DNA of 64,000 nucleotides from Chloroflexota bacterium (lineage in GTDB: Bacteria; Chloroflexota; UBA5177), in the NCBI GenBank assembly GCA_025966365.1, contig JAICWV010000001.1, positions 911-64,910 of the forward strand, given 5' to 3'. The position numbers and the translations under genes are program-made. The first letter of the stretch is position 1, and each line of letters begins with the position of its first letter. Shown here in pieces: positions 31,885-42,684 of this stretch. The notes beneath the pieces are model-generated. The model made no database searches and was not told where the DNA came from. It saw only the letters and a list, made by a program, of their open reading frames with translations.

Positions 31885-33161
31885 TCGGCTCCAATCCTGG
31901 AGGAGTCGTTCTTGCGCATCCCGGGACCAGCCCCTTTGTCCAGCAGACAGCACGTGCGCTCCACGAGGCGGGCTTGCTTGCCGATTACGTGACGACGTTT
32001 GCCTACCGTCCGGAGAGCCTGTCGGGGAAGCTTCTCCGCCAGGGACTTCGGCTGCGGACCAAGAACCCCGAGGCTCTGCTCCAGCGGCGTCGTGTCACGG
32101 AGGTACCGGAGAGCCTCGTTGCCACGCACCCTCTGCGAGAGTATCTGCGCATGTTTGCCGCCTCCGGACTGGGGCCGGTTGTTGCCGATAGGGTTTGGGA
32201 GGTCACGGAGCTGTCGTTTGCCAGACATGTGGCGCGTCACCATCTTCGAGATGCCCGGGCAATATACGGGTATAGTCATGCGTCCCTCGAGCCATTTCGG
32301 TCGCAGGCGTCGCGGGGTGGCCTCCGGGTCTATGAGGTCTCGCACGCGCACCATGCAACGGTTACAGCGCTGCTTCAGCCGGAATTCGATGCGTTTCCTG
32401 AGCTGCGCACCGAGTACGTGGAACACACGAGCCGCCTCGACGCGCGGCGCAACCGCCGGCGTGATGAGGAACTGGAGCTTGCCGATCTCATCATTGTCAA
32501 CTCGTCATTTGCGCGCGACTCGTTCCTTCGCGCCGGTACCCGGTCGGAGCGTATCAGGGTTGTGCCGCTGGGCGCGCCATCAGTGACCCAACCACCCCAC
32601 CGCCGGGAACGGCGCCCATTTATCTTTCTGAGTGCGGGCAGTCAGTCCGTTGCCAAAGGCACCCACTATCTGCTGAACGCATGGCGGCGGCTGGCTCCCA
32701 ACGCTGGAGCCGAGCTATGGCTGGTTGGAAACATGCAGCTTCCGGCAGGCACGCTCGACAACCTGCCCGGGACGGTGGTGCAGCGTCCGACCGTTTCGCG
32801 ACCCGAGCTTTTCAGCATTTATCAACGAGCGGGAGCACTGGTGTTTCCCTCGCTCTTCGAGGGATTCGGCATGGTGATCACCGAGGCGATGGCCCAGGGA
32901 CTACCCGTCATCACCACGCCGCATACCGCCGGGCGAGATATCATCACCGACAGAGAAGACGGCATCCTCGTTCCCGTCCGCGATCCGGACGCTCTCGCGG
33001 CTGCCATGCAATGGTGCATCGAGAATCCCGATGCGATCCGGGACATGGGAGAGCGTGCCGCGACAACCGCAGCGTCGTGGCAATGGGACGATTACCGGCG
33101 CGTCTTATCGGCCGCCGTATCCGAACTGCTTGCCGGTGAGACACGAGTGGGCTCGATCTGA
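31881..33161 (+). CDS. glycosyltransferase family 4
   Basis: FPSLFEGFGMVITEAMAQGLPVITT, the EX7E motif. Confidence 0.75.
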   Translation: MIGSNPGGVVLAHPGTSPFVQQTARALHEAGLLADYVTTFAYRPESLSGKLLRQGLRLRTKNPEALLQRRRVTEVPESLVATHPLREYLRMFAASGLGPVVADRVWEVTELSFARHVARHHLRDARAIYGYSHASLEPFRSQASRGGLRVYEVSHAHHATVTALLQPEFDAFPELRTEYVEHTSRLDARRNRRRDEELELADLIIVNSSFARDSFLRAGTRSERIRVVPLGAPSVTQPPHRRERRPFIFLSAGSQSVAKGTHYLLNAWRRLAPNAGAELWLVGNMQLPAGTLDNLPGTVVQRPTVSRPELFSIYQRAGALVFPSLFEGFGMVITEAMAQGLPVITTPHTAGRDIITDREDGILVPVRDPDALAAAMQWCIENPDAIRDMGERAATTAASWQWDDYRRVLSAAVSELLAGETRVGSI

Positions 33162-34180
33162 TGCGGATTGCACTGACGGTTGACCCGGAGATACCGGTTC
33201 CTCCCGTCCTGTACGGCGGGATCGAGCGAATCGTGGACATGCTCGCGCGGGGCCTGGTGTCTCGCAGCCACAATGTCTCGCTCTTTGCGCACCGCGACTC
33301 AACCACGGCCGGCGCTCTGCACCCGTACCCGGGCGCCACAAGCCGAGGAAAAGATGATCTGCTCCGAAACGCGTGGCATGTGTCGTCGGAGATCGTCTCC
33401 GGCCGCTACGATGTCGTCCACAGCTTCGGCCGCCTCGCCTACCTTCTGCCGATCCTGCCCCTCTCCGTTCCAAAGGTCATGAGCTACCAGCGTGAGATCT
33501 CTCCCCGCAGTGTCGCCTGGGGAGAGCGGCTGTCCCGCGGTACCCTCCACTTCGCCGGCTGCAGCCGCTGGCTTATCGAGGCCTGGGCCGGCCGGCCCAA
33601 CTGGCACGTCGTCTACAATGCCGCTCCCGCCTCGGCCTTCCATGTTGCTCCCACCGTTCCTGACGATGCGCCGCTCGTGTTCCTGGGGCGTCTTGAGGAG
33701 ATCAAGGGCGTCCACCTTGCGATCGAGGTCGCCCTCCGCTCCGGCTTGCCGCTCGTGCTCGCCGGCAACGTCCCCGATAACGCCCGAGACTACTTTCAGG
33801 AGCGCATCGAGCCCTTTCTCGATGGGGAACGGATTCGCTATGTGGGCCCGGTCGACGACGAGTGCAAAGATGCCATTCTCGGCCGCTCTCGTGCCCTTCT
33901 CATGCCGGTCCTATGGGATGAGCCGTTCGGTATCGTCATGGCCGAGGCCCTGGCCTGCGGAACTCCCGTGATCGGCCTCAGGCGCGGAGCTGTTCCTGAA
34001 GTGATCGACGACGGCATCACCGGCTTTGTGTGCGATTCGATCGACGAGATGGTGACGGCTGTTGGCCGCCTCACGATTCTTGACCGGCTGGCGTGTCGCC
34101 GGACCATGGAAGAACGCTTCAGCGATACCGCGTTGGTGTCGGCCTTCGAGCGTCTGTACCTCGCTGCACAGCGGCGTTAG
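33161..34180 (+). CDS. glycosyltransferase family 4
   Basis: LMPVLWDEPFGIVMAEALACGTPVIG, the GT4 donor-binding motif. Confidence 0.75.
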   Translation: MRIALTVDPEIPVPPVLYGGIERIVDMLARGLVSRSHNVSLFAHRDSTTAGALHPYPGATSRGKDDLLRNAWHVSSEIVSGRYDVVHSFGRLAYLLPILPLSVPKVMSYQREISPRSVAWGERLSRGTLHFAGCSRWLIEAWAGRPNWHVVYNAAPASAFHVAPTVPDDAPLVFLGRLEEIKGVHLAIEVALRSGLPLVLAGNVPDNARDYFQERIEPFLDGERIRYVGPVDDECKDAILGRSRALLMPVLWDEPFGIVMAEALACGTPVIGLRRGAVPEVIDDGITGFVCDSIDEMVTAVGRLTILDRLACRRTMEERFSDTALVSAFERLYLAAQRR

Positions 34181-34182
34181 GC

Positions 34183-35457
34183 ATGGCCGGCATCTGCATT
34201 CTGACCGGGGGCCAGCCCTCCTCCGACCCACGCCTCGTCAAGGAGGCTGATGCTCTTGCCGAGGCAGGGCACGAGGTTCAGGTCCTGGCGGTTGCTGCCC
34301 CCTGGTCTCAGGCGCGTGACGCACAGTTGGTCGCACGTCGTCGCTGGTCGTGCCGGTTTGTCGGCGGCCTCCCCGACAACCAACGGATGCGCTACTACTG
34401 GACCCGCCTGCGCCATGCAGCCGCCCGCCGCGCTCCCGGGCGCCTGGCCGGCGTCACGCCCATAACACGATGGGCCACCTCGCGGGCAGTTCCCGAGCTG
34501 ACCGTGGCAGCACGGCGGGTTCGAGCCGAACTCTATATTGCGCATGGGTCGGATGCCCTCTTCGCCGCCGAGCGGGCTACGCGCGCTCACAATGCCCTTC
34601 TCGGCTATGACGCCGAGGATTTTCTACCCGGCATGCACGCACCGAGTCACCCCGTTCGTCCCGTCGAGCGTGCGCGTGTCGCCGCCGAATGTCGTCTCAT
34701 GCGGCATTGCTCCTACCTCACCGCGGCCTCACCCGGCATCGCCGCCGCCTATGCCGATCACTGCCATCTGCCCCAACCCACCCCCATTCTCAATGTGTTT
34801 CCGCTGGATCAGCGGCCTCCCGCGTTTCGCCCCACCGCGGATGACGGCCCCCTCACCCTCTACTGGTTCTCGCAGACAATCGGTCCCGGTCGCGGTCTCG
34901 AGGACGCCGTCCTCGCCCTCGGCAACCTCCGGGACTGTGATGTCGAGCTTCACCTGCAGGGCTTCTGGGCTCCCGGCTATCGCCAGAGTCTTTTCGCCCT
35001 TGCCGCTGAAGCGGGTGTCGATCCGCAACGGATAATCTCTCACGATCCGGCTCATCCCGACGACCTCGTTAGCATTGCCGCAGGATACGACGTGGGTCTG
35101 GCCCTCGAGCGGCGGCTGCCCGTCAACCGCGATGTGTGTCTGACGAACAAGGTCTTCACCTCGCTTCTCGCAGGCAATGCCCTCGTGATGACCGGCACAC
35201 AGGCCCAGCGCGCTCTGGGGGAAGAACTCGGGCAGGGGGCCTTTTGCTACACTCCCGGCGATATCGACGCGCTGGCGTCACAAATCCGACGCTGGCACCA
35301 TGACCGGGGCTCTCTCGACGTGGCCCGCCACTCCTCCTGGGACTGGGGGACGCGCCGCTTCAATTGGGACCGGGAAAAGGAGACGTTCTTGACCCTTGTG
35401 GATGCGGTCCTGTCCGGCCGAGCTCCTCTTCCCGCGTCCGGGGCCGCGACCCCATGA
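34183..35457 (+). CDS. GT-B glycosyltransferase (GT4-like, divergent)
   Basis: N-terminus MAGICILTGGQPSSDPRL (Gly-rich loop) and GT-B organisation. Start at the ATG after the upstream stop. Confidence 0.55.
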   Translation: MAGICILTGGQPSSDPRLVKEADALAEAGHEVQVLAVAAPWSQARDAQLVARRRWSCRFVGGLPDNQRMRYYWTRLRHAAARRAPGRLAGVTPITRWATSRAVPELTVAARRVRAELYIAHGSDALFAAERATRAHNALLGYDAEDFLPGMHAPSHPVRPVERARVAAECRLMRHCSYLTAASPGIAAAYADHCHLPQPTPILNVFPLDQRPPAFRPTADDGPLTLYWFSQTIGPGRGLEDAVLALGNLRDCDVELHLQGFWAPGYRQSLFALAAEAGVDPQRIISHDPAHPDDLVSIAAGYDVGLALERRLPVNRDVCLTNKVFTSLLAGNALVMTGTQAQRALGEELGQGAFCYTPGDIDALASQIRRWHHDRGSLDVARHSSWDWGTRRFNWDREKETFLTLVDAVLSGRAPLPASGAATP

Positions 35458-36785
35458 AGCGCGTCGTCCTGGTCGGGTCCGATTTCTCCCCGAGCAGTCT
35501 CCCGCCTGCGCTTCGCCTCCGCTTCTTCGCGTCCCATCTGCCCGAGTTTGGCTGGCAGCCCACCGTTCTGACCGTCGATCCCCGTTTCTACGAGGCGGCG
35601 ATCGATCCCGAGAACGCCAGACTTCTCCCTGACTGGCTCGAGGTCATCCGGACGGGCGCGATCCCGCAGCGCGTCTCGCGCCGTGCCGGTGTCGGAGATA
35701 TAGGCCTCCGCAGCCTCGTTCATCATGCGCTGGCCCTCGACCGCCTCTGCCGTCGAGGCGACGTGGACCTCGTGTTCATCCCCATCCCACCGAATTTCCC
35801 CGTGCTCCTCGGGCGGCTCATGTACGAGCGTCACGGCGTGCCTTACGTCGTCGATTACATCGATCCGTGGGTCGATGAGTATTACGCCCGGCTCCCCATC
35901 CAGGAGCGGCCGGGCGGGTACAAGTGGCGCCTCTCCTATGCCCTGGCTCGAATCCTCGAGCCGGTGGCCCTGCGCCATGCCGCGCATCTCGTCGGCGTCT
36001 CGACGTCCTACACCGCTCCCATCATCGCCCGCTACCCCTGGCTTACAGATGCCGACCATACCGGCATTCCATACGGAGGCGAGCCGGGCGACGTCGAGTA
36101 CGTGCGCCGTCATCCGCGCCGCAATTCCATCTTTGATCCAGATGACGGTGCCGTGCACATCAGCTACGTGGGGCGCGGAGGCGCTGACATGCATCCAACC
36201 CTTCGCGCCGTCTTTGCCGCGGTTCGCGCGGGTCTTGACCAGCATCCCGCGCTGTTTCGGAGGCTCCGCCTTCACTTCGTCGGCACCACCTACGACCCCC
36301 ACTGGGACGGCACCTACGACATTCTCCCCCTCGCCCGTGAGGTGGGAGCCGAGGAGCTCGTGAGCGAGCACCCGCGGCGCGTGCCCTATCTCGATGCCCT
36401 CCAGATCATGATCGACTCCCATGCGCTCCTGGCAGTGGGCTCCGACCAGCCTCACTACACGGCATCCAAGATCTTTCCCTTTATCCTTGCCGAGCGCCCT
36501 CTTCTGGCCGTCTTCCACCGCGACAGCACCGTTGTGGACGTGCTATCCCGGACGGGCGCGGGTGATGCCGTCACTTTCTCCGACGAGGGCCCCGGCGCGC
36601 ACGTCTCGTCAATTCACGACCACCTTCTCCGCCTCCTGTCGCTTCCGGCCGGCACCCGTCCGGCCACATGCTGGGATGCTTTCGATCAGTACACGGCGCG
36701 GTCCATGAGTCGCCGCCTCGCCGCGGTGTTCGATGATGCCCTCCGCGCAGCCGGTCCCCACGTACGGGCCAAGGGGCGGGTATGA
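35454..36785 (+). CDS. GT-B-fold glycosyltransferase-like protein (divergent)
   Basis: N-terminus MKRVVLVGSDFSPSS and two Rossmann-like halves. No canonical EX7E. ATGA overlap with the upstream gene. Confidence 0.45.
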   Translation: MKRVVLVGSDFSPSSLPPALRLRFFASHLPEFGWQPTVLTVDPRFYEAAIDPENARLLPDWLEVIRTGAIPQRVSRRAGVGDIGLRSLVHHALALDRLCRRGDVDLVFIPIPPNFPVLLGRLMYERHGVPYVVDYIDPWVDEYYARLPIQERPGGYKWRLSYALARILEPVALRHAAHLVGVSTSYTAPIIARYPWLTDADHTGIPYGGEPGDVEYVRRHPRRNSIFDPDDGAVHISYVGRGGADMHPTLRAVFAAVRAGLDQHPALFRRLRLHFVGTTYDPHWDGTYDILPLAREVGAEELVSEHPRRVPYLDALQIMIDSHALLAVGSDQPHYTASKIFPFILAERPLLAVFHRDSTVVDVLSRTGAGDAVTFSDEGPGAHVSSIHDHLLRLLSLPAGTRPATCWDAFDQYTARSMSRRLAAVFDDALRAAGPHVRAKGRV

Positions 36786-37987
36786 TGCCGTCATCTGGGC
36801 CGCGGCGCCGAATGGCAATCGTGGTGACGCACCCCATCCAGTACCAGGCGTCCTGGTTCCGCGCACTGACCGCCTCACCACGCCTGGACATCGAGGTGTT
36901 CTTCTGCCACGATGCTCGGCCGGAAGAGCAGGCGGGAGCGGGATTCGATGTTCAGTTCACCTGGGACCGGCCGCTCCTCGAAGGCTATCCATACCGCTTC
37001 CTCAACAACATCGCCCGCCAGCCATCCATCGCCGCGTTCAACGGTCTCAACACGCCGGAGATAGGAGAAATCATCCGCGCCGGGTATTACGATGCTCTGC
37101 TGGTGAACGGCTGGAACTATCGCAGCGCCTGGCAGGCATTTATCGCCGCCCGGCGTGCCGGCGTTCCTGTCATGGTGCGCGGCGATTCTCAGCTCCATAC
37201 ACCCCGCCACCCTGCCAAGCGCCTTGCCAAGGAACTCCTCTACCGCCAGTTCATTCCGCGCTTCAGCGCCTGCCTGGCGGTAGGCTCCCGCTCCAGGGAA
37301 TACTATCTCCACTACGGCGCCAGCCCCGATCGCGTCTTTCTGGTGCCGCATACCGTGGATGAGGATTTCTTCACCGCCGAACGAGATCGCCTCCGGCCGC
37401 ATCGGGACGAGCTCCGCCGCTGCTGGGATCTCCCGACGTCCGCCACCGTCTTTCTTTTCGTCGGCAAGTTCATCCCCAAAAAGCGGCCCCTCGACTTCGT
37501 CGAAGCTGTGGCGGGTCTCGCCGGACGTGGCGCGCCGGTCGCCGGCCTCATGGTTGGAGACGGTCCCCTACGGCCCGAGATCGAGTCACTCATCGCGGCC
37601 ACCGGCGCCCCCGTTCACCTTACCGGCTTCCTCAATCAGTCAGGTATTCCCCGGGCCTACGCAGCGTCTGATGTTCTTGTCCTGCCGTCCGACGGCGGCG
37701 AGACCTGGGGTCTGGTAGTGAACGAAGCCATGCTTTTCGGTATCCCGGCGGTTGTCAGCGATGCCGCCGGCTGTGCGCCGGACCTCACCGCTCCCGGAGC
37801 AGGAGCCACCTTTCCGATGGGCAACGTGGACGTGCTGGTAGATCGACTTTCCACCTATACTGACGGCGACCAGCGACTCCGTGCCGAATCCGATGCCGTT
37901 CGCATCGCCGCAGAGCGGTGGTCGGTTCGTTCCGCCGTCCTCGGCCTGACCGCCGCGGTCGATGCTATCACCTTCCATGCAAACTGA
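36782..37987 (+). CDS. glycosyltransferase family 4
   Basis: LPSDGGETWGLVVNEAMLFGIPAVVSD. Confidence 0.8.
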   Translation: MMPSSGPRRRMAIVVTHPIQYQASWFRALTASPRLDIEVFFCHDARPEEQAGAGFDVQFTWDRPLLEGYPYRFLNNIARQPSIAAFNGLNTPEIGEIIRAGYYDALLVNGWNYRSAWQAFIAARRAGVPVMVRGDSQLHTPRHPAKRLAKELLYRQFIPRFSACLAVGSRSREYYLHYGASPDRVFLVPHTVDEDFFTAERDRLRPHRDELRRCWDLPTSATVFLFVGKFIPKKRPLDFVEAVAGLAGRGAPVAGLMVGDGPLRPEIESLIAATGAPVHLTGFLNQSGIPRAYAASDVLVLPSDGGETWGLVVNEAMLFGIPAVVSDAAGCAPDLTAPGAGATFPMGNVDVLVDRLSTYTDGDQRLRAESDAVRIAAERWSVRSAVLGLTAAVDAITFHAN

Positions 37988-39488
37988 CTACTCAATCCCT
38001 CGCTCGTACCCTGTTCCCAAGGAGCGTGTCGCCCCGAGGCATCTCTCGCTCTACATGCTCTGTCTGCCGCCGATCCTGATCACCGCCGTCTTATGGCTGA
38101 CGCGCCTCAACAACGTGTCGATCATGGATGTCGTCGCCGCCTTCGTCCTCGCCATCGTTCCTTGGTGGTCGTACCTGCGCTGGCGCCGCGACGCTACGGC
38201 GTTCGTGCCCCTCCTTGCGGCCATCACGCTAGTCTACTGGGTCTACTTCGCAGTGACGCTGTTCTGGGGTACGCTTTCCGTTCAACTCGCCTTTGTGCGC
38301 GTCCCCATTGCTCCAAACACCATCACGCAGACCATGGTTATGGCTGCCGGCGGCGTACTTGCTCTTGCCGCCGGCAAGCAGATTCGATTCGGATCCCGTC
38401 TTCGCCTGACGAGTCGTCTCGATGTATCCGCGGATCCGGCTGGCTGGACCTACCTTCGCGTCATCTTTCTTCCCCTCACCATCCTCGGGTTCGTGCCCGT
38501 CGTTGCCGGATTAGGAGGTGGGTCCGGCCGCGAGATCGTACAAGACATCTTCCAGATCGTGCCCCTGGTGATCTGCTTCCTCCTTCTGGAACGGATATTC
38601 TCCGGCGGCTCGCGTCAGCTGGATAAGCTGCTCGTCATCGTGTACCTGATTCTGACCTCCGTCTTTGGCGTGGCCAGCGGAGCTATTGCGCCCTGGCTCT
38701 TTGTCGCCATCGGTGTGCTCCTCGTCTACATCGGGGTAAAGCGCCGTATGCCGCTCCTGCCCGTCGTTCTGGTTGCGGTCGTCTTTCTCTTCTTTCAGCC
38801 GGGCAAGGATGCGTTTCGCAGCGCTTACGTCTACAGCAGTGGGGGGCAGCAGGTGTCTGCCGGAATCCTGACCCGCGCTCACGCCTGGCTGACGCTGTCG
38901 ATTGACGCCTGGTCCGGAGCTTTTTCCGGGCAGAGCGGGCTGGCACCCCTCGATCTTGTCCGCACGACCATCGACCGCGCCTCTCTCCTCACCACCGACG
39001 CGCACGTGATCGATTACACCCCCTCCATCGTCCCGTATCAGGACGGCAGCACCTATGCCTACCTGCCGGTCAGCTTCGTCCCGCGCTTCCTCTGGCCCGA
39101 TAAGCCCTCCATCAACGACGCCAACCACTTCTACGAGACCGCGTACGGCGTGACCAACGCCCAGGAGAACCACAACAACGTCTCCATCTCCGTCGGCTCC
39201 CTCGCCGAGGGCTACATGAACTTCGGCTGGGTTGGGGCAATCCTGGTCATGTTCTTTCTGGGCATCCTCTTCGATTGGGTCGAGACCACCTTCCTCGCGC
39301 GCGACTCCGGTTTCCTCTTCACCGCCTTCGGCATCGTCATGGTTCTCCAGTTTCTCCTGATCGAGTCGCAGATGAGTGTCTACCTGAGCGGCATCATCCA
39401 GAAGGCCCTGATCGTCGGCATCGTGCTCCTTCCCGCCTGGCGTGGGCAAAGGCGGACTGAACGGATGGGGAGGATCGAACCTGTCTGA
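37977..39488 (+). CDS. polytopic membrane protein, O-antigen polymerase/ligase (Wzy/WaaL)-like
   Basis: About 10-12 predicted TM helices with a large extracytoplasmic loop (…YQDGSTYAYLPVSFVPRFLWPDKPS…), the architecture of Wzy/WaaL-type enzymes. ATG overlaps the upstream stop. Confidence 0.55.
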   Translation: MQTDYSIPRSYPVPKERVAPRHLSLYMLCLPPILITAVLWLTRLNNVSIMDVVAAFVLAIVPWWSYLRWRRDATAFVPLLAAITLVYWVYFAVTLFWGTLSVQLAFVRVPIAPNTITQTMVMAAGGVLALAAGKQIRFGSRLRLTSRLDVSADPAGWTYLRVIFLPLTILGFVPVVAGLGGGSGREIVQDIFQIVPLVICFLLLERIFSGGSRQLDKLLVIVYLILTSVFGVASGAIAPWLFVAIGVLLVYIGVKRRMPLLPVVLVAVVFLFFQPGKDAFRSAYVYSSGGQQVSAGILTRAHAWLTLSIDAWSGAFSGQSGLAPLDLVRTTIDRASLLTTDAHVIDYTPSIVPYQDGSTYAYLPVSFVPRFLWPDKPSINDANHFYETAYGVTNAQENHNNVSISVGSLAEGYMNFGWVGAILVMFFLGILFDWVETTFLARDSGFLFTAFGIVMVLQFLLIESQMSVYLSGIIQKALIVGIVLLPAWRGQRRTERMGRIEPV

Positions 39489-40599
39489 GTCGCGGGGTTC
39501 GTCAGCCGCCGCCTTACCCATCGGCCCGATCTATCACCTCGCACCGGAACTCAATCACCGGGCTAGCGGGATCGCTCATCACGCACGCCTGGTCCATCGT
39601 GCCCTCGCCGAGCGCGGCGAGGCTGTGACCACGATCGCTCTGCTCGATCAACCCGGGCACCCCGCGGGCGACCAGTCCATTGCCTGCGGCGGCAGTCGCG
39701 TTCGCTTTATCGCCCACACTCTTGCAGCGGCTCTCCGGCGTCCCGAGCTGATCCTGGTCGAACACCTCGCGCTTGCTCCGCTCGGCTGGATCGCCGCTCG
39801 CCTGGCCGGAGCTCGCCTGGTCGTCTTTCTGCATGGGATCGAAGCCTGGAAGCCGGCCGGACGCCTGGAGCGCTGGGCACTTCACCGCGCCGATTGTCTC
39901 CTTGCCGTGAGCCGGACCACTGCCCGGCGGGCCGCGGCAGCCGCCAACGCGCCGCCGGACCGTACCCATGTGCTGCACAACTGTCTGGATCCGGACTTTG
40001 CCGTCACGGACGCTCCACGCCGGCAAAGTACCTCCCTCTCACTTCTCACCGTCTCTCGCATACGGGCCTCCGAGAGCTACAAGGGCCACGATCTCGTCAT
40101 CCACGTCCTCCCCCATCTTCTGCCGGATTTCCCCGACCTGTGCTACGACATCGTCGGCGATGGCGACGGGCGTCCATCCCTCGAGCGGCTCGTGGCCGAC
40201 CTGGGGCTCCAGTCCCGCGTCCATTTTCATGGCGAAGTCCCTGACTCCGCGCTGGAGGAGTTCTACCGGAACGCTTCGCTCTTCGTCATGCCCAGTGCGG
40301 GGGAAGGCTTCGGCTATGTCTTTCTGGAGGCAATGGCTTCCGGACTACCGGTCGTGGCCGCCCACTCGGACGCCACGGGGGAGGTTGTCCGGGACGGAGT
40401 GACCGGTGTGCTCGTCGAACGCGATGAAGAGCATCTCCTATCTGCGCTCTCCGCCCTCCTGGGCGACAGTGAGCGCCTCCGCCGTATGTCCCTGGCCGCC
40501 CGCGAGCACGTGGCATCGTCGTTCGGTTTCGCGGACTTCCAGGCCGCCCTCCTGTCCCACCTCGGTCCGGAACCTCCGGAACAGCCCGGTCATCACTAG
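39442..40599 (+). CDS. glycosyltransferase family 4 (start uncertain)
   Basis: MPSAGEGFGYVFLEAMASGLPVVAA. The N-terminal region overlaps the upstream gene by 47 nt. Confidence 0.7.
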   Translation: MGKGGLNGWGGSNLSESRGSSAAALPIGPIYHLAPELNHRASGIAHHARLVHRALAERGEAVTTIALLDQPGHPAGDQSIACGGSRVRFIAHTLAAALRRPELILVEHLALAPLGWIAARLAGARLVVFLHGIEAWKPAGRLERWALHRADCLLAVSRTTARRAAAAANAPPDRTHVLHNCLDPDFAVTDAPRRQSTSLSLLTVSRIRASESYKGHDLVIHVLPHLLPDFPDLCYDIVGDGDGRPSLERLVADLGLQSRVHFHGEVPDSALEEFYRNASLFVMPSAGEGFGYVFLEAMASGLPVVAAHSDATGEVVRDGVTGVLVERDEEHLLSALSALLGDSERLRRMSLAAREHVASSFGFADFQAALLSHLGPEPPEQPGHH

Positions 40600-40606
40600 T
40601 TCGCCG

Positions 40607-41782
40607 ATGCGAGTCCTCCACGTTATCCCATCGCTCGGACCGCAGCGGGGCGGCCCCAGCTATATCTTGCCGCTCCTCGCCCGGAGCCTCCAGCAATCGG
40701 GAGTTGCCGTCGAGATTGCGACCACCGACGATGACGGCTCTGAGCGGCTAAGCGTCCCGCCCGGCTACCCCGTTCTATTCGAGGGGGTGACGACCCATTT
40801 CTTCTCACGGCAGGCCCACTTCTACACTTTCTCACTCCCGCTCGCAGCCTGGCTCTGGACCCATATCGCCGCCTACGACCTCGTCCACATCCACGCTCTC
40901 TTTTCTTTCGCAGCGCTCCCGGCGGCCCTCGGCGCTCAGCGCCGGAATGTCCCGTATATCGTCCGGCCTCTCGGCACGCTGAACCACTACGGCCGCGAAC
41001 AGCGGCGTCCCCAACTCAAGCGCGTCTCCTACCGCTTCATCGAGCACCCTATCCTGGAGCACGCGGCTGCCATCCACTACACCAGCGAGCAAGAGCGTGC
41101 GGAGGCCGCTGATCTCCGGTTGAGTCGGCCGTCCGCCGTTATCCCTCTCGGCATCGACCTTTCGTCCTTTGACGCCCTACCGTCGCCTGAATCGTTTCTG
41201 ACCCGCCATCCCGAGCTTCGCTCCCGCCCCACCGTGCTCTTCCTCTCGCGCATCGATCCCAAGAAGGGGCTCGATCTCCTCCTCCCCGCCTTTGCCGATG
41301 CAGCCCCGTCCGACGCGGCCCTGGTCATCGCCGGGCGCGGCAATGAGGAGTACACCGCTGCACTCCGGCGCCAATCAGCCGATCTCGGTATTACCGACCG
41401 TATCACCTGGACCGGACACCTGAGCGGCGAGCAGAAGCTGGCGGCGTTCGCCGCCGCAACCGTTTTCGTGCTTCCGTCGTACTCTGAAAACTTCGGCATC
41501 GCTGCCGTCGAAGCACTGGCCGCCGGGACTCCCACCATCGTCTCCACCGGCGTTGCCGTCGCCTCTGACATCCGCAGCCACGATGCGGGCGTGGTCGTCG
41601 GACCCAACACCACCGATCTCGCGGAGGGACTTCGCCGTCTGCTATCGTCCGAGTCCCTCCGCGCCGGGGTGTCCCGGCGCGGCCGGGACCTGGCGCGCGA
41701 CAATTTCTCGATGCAGACAGCCGCCGAGAGGACACGCGACCTGTATCGTGGGATTCTGTCCGGCGGAGGGCTGACAGCATGA
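40607..41782 (+). CDS. glycosyltransferase family 4
   Basis: N-terminus MRVLHVIPSLGPQRGGP. LPSYSENFGIAAVEALAAGTPTIVS. Confidence 0.8.
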   Translation: MRVLHVIPSLGPQRGGPSYILPLLARSLQQSGVAVEIATTDDDGSERLSVPPGYPVLFEGVTTHFFSRQAHFYTFSLPLAAWLWTHIAAYDLVHIHALFSFAALPAALGAQRRNVPYIVRPLGTLNHYGREQRRPQLKRVSYRFIEHPILEHAAAIHYTSEQERAEAADLRLSRPSAVIPLGIDLSSFDALPSPESFLTRHPELRSRPTVLFLSRIDPKKGLDLLLPAFADAAPSDAALVIAGRGNEEYTAALRRQSADLGITDRITWTGHLSGEQKLAAFAAATVFVLPSYSENFGIAAVEALAAGTPTIVSTGVAVASDIRSHDAGVVVGPNTTDLAEGLRRLLSSESLRAGVSRRGRDLARDNFSMQTAAERTRDLYRGILSGGGLTA

Positions 41783-42684
41783 CCGGCCCCGGGGATCGCA
41801 CGCCGATCAGTGTGATCGTCCTCACCTTTAATGAGGCCGCCAATATTGCGACCTGCCTGGAGAGCGTGGCCGGCTGGGCCGGCGAGATTTTCATCGTGGA
41901 CTCGGGAAGTACCGACCAGACCACCGAGATTGCCCGGCGGTACACCGACCAGATTGTCACTCACCCCTTCGTCAACCAGTCGCAGCAGTTCAACTGGGCA
42001 CTCGACCACCTTCCCATCCACATGCCCTGGGTGATGAGACTCGACGCCGACGAATTTTTGCTGCCCGAGCTACGTGAGGAGATTGCTCGGGTTCTGCCGG
42101 CTCTGGCCGCTGAGGTGACCGGTGTCATGATGAAGCGGCGCGTCTACTTTCAAGGCCGCTGGATACGGCATGGGGGATACTACCCGACGTGGCTCCTGCG
42201 CCTCTTCCGCCGCGGATTCGCCCGGAGCGAGGAGCTGGCGATGGATGAGCACATTGTTGTCTTGAGCGGCAAGACCATTGAGCTTCAGCATGACTTCGTC
42301 GACTTCAATCACATGAGCCTGGCTGAGTGGCTGGCAAAGCACGCGCGCTACGCTGCGCGTGAGGCATCGGTTGCAGAGTCGGGTACGGAGAGCACCTATT
42401 CGGCTCGTCTTACCTCGCAGCCGGCCCGCAAACGGTGGCTCAAGAACCACGTGTACCGGCGTTTCCCACCGTTCTTCCGTGCCCTCCTGTTCTTCCTGTA
42501 CCGGTATATCCTGCGGGCGGGGTTTCTGGACGGCCCGCAGGGTCTCATCTTCCACGTCCTCCAGGGCTTCTGGTACCGCTTCTACGTTGATGCGCTCGTC
42601 TGGGAGGCCCATCGCAGCGCCAGTGTCGATGGGAATCCGGTACCCGGGGAGACTGGCGGCAGCGGGCCCGGTGCATTCTCCTGA
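41779..42684 (+). CDS. glycosyltransferase family 2
   Basis: ISVIVLTFNEAANI...IVDSGSTD...LDADE motifs. ATGA overlap with the upstream gene. Confidence 0.75.
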   Translation: MTGPGDRTPISVIVLTFNEAANIATCLESVAGWAGEIFIVDSGSTDQTTEIARRYTDQIVTHPFVNQSQQFNWALDHLPIHMPWVMRLDADEFLLPELREEIARVLPALAAEVTGVMMKRRVYFQGRWIRHGGYYPTWLLRLFRRGFARSEELAMDEHIVVLSGKTIELQHDFVDFNHMSLAEWLAKHARYAAREASVAESGTESTYSARLTSQPARKRWLKNHVYRRFPPFFRALLFFLYRYILRAGFLDGPQGLIFHVLQGFWYRFYVDALVWEAHRSASVDGNPVPGETGGSGPGAFS

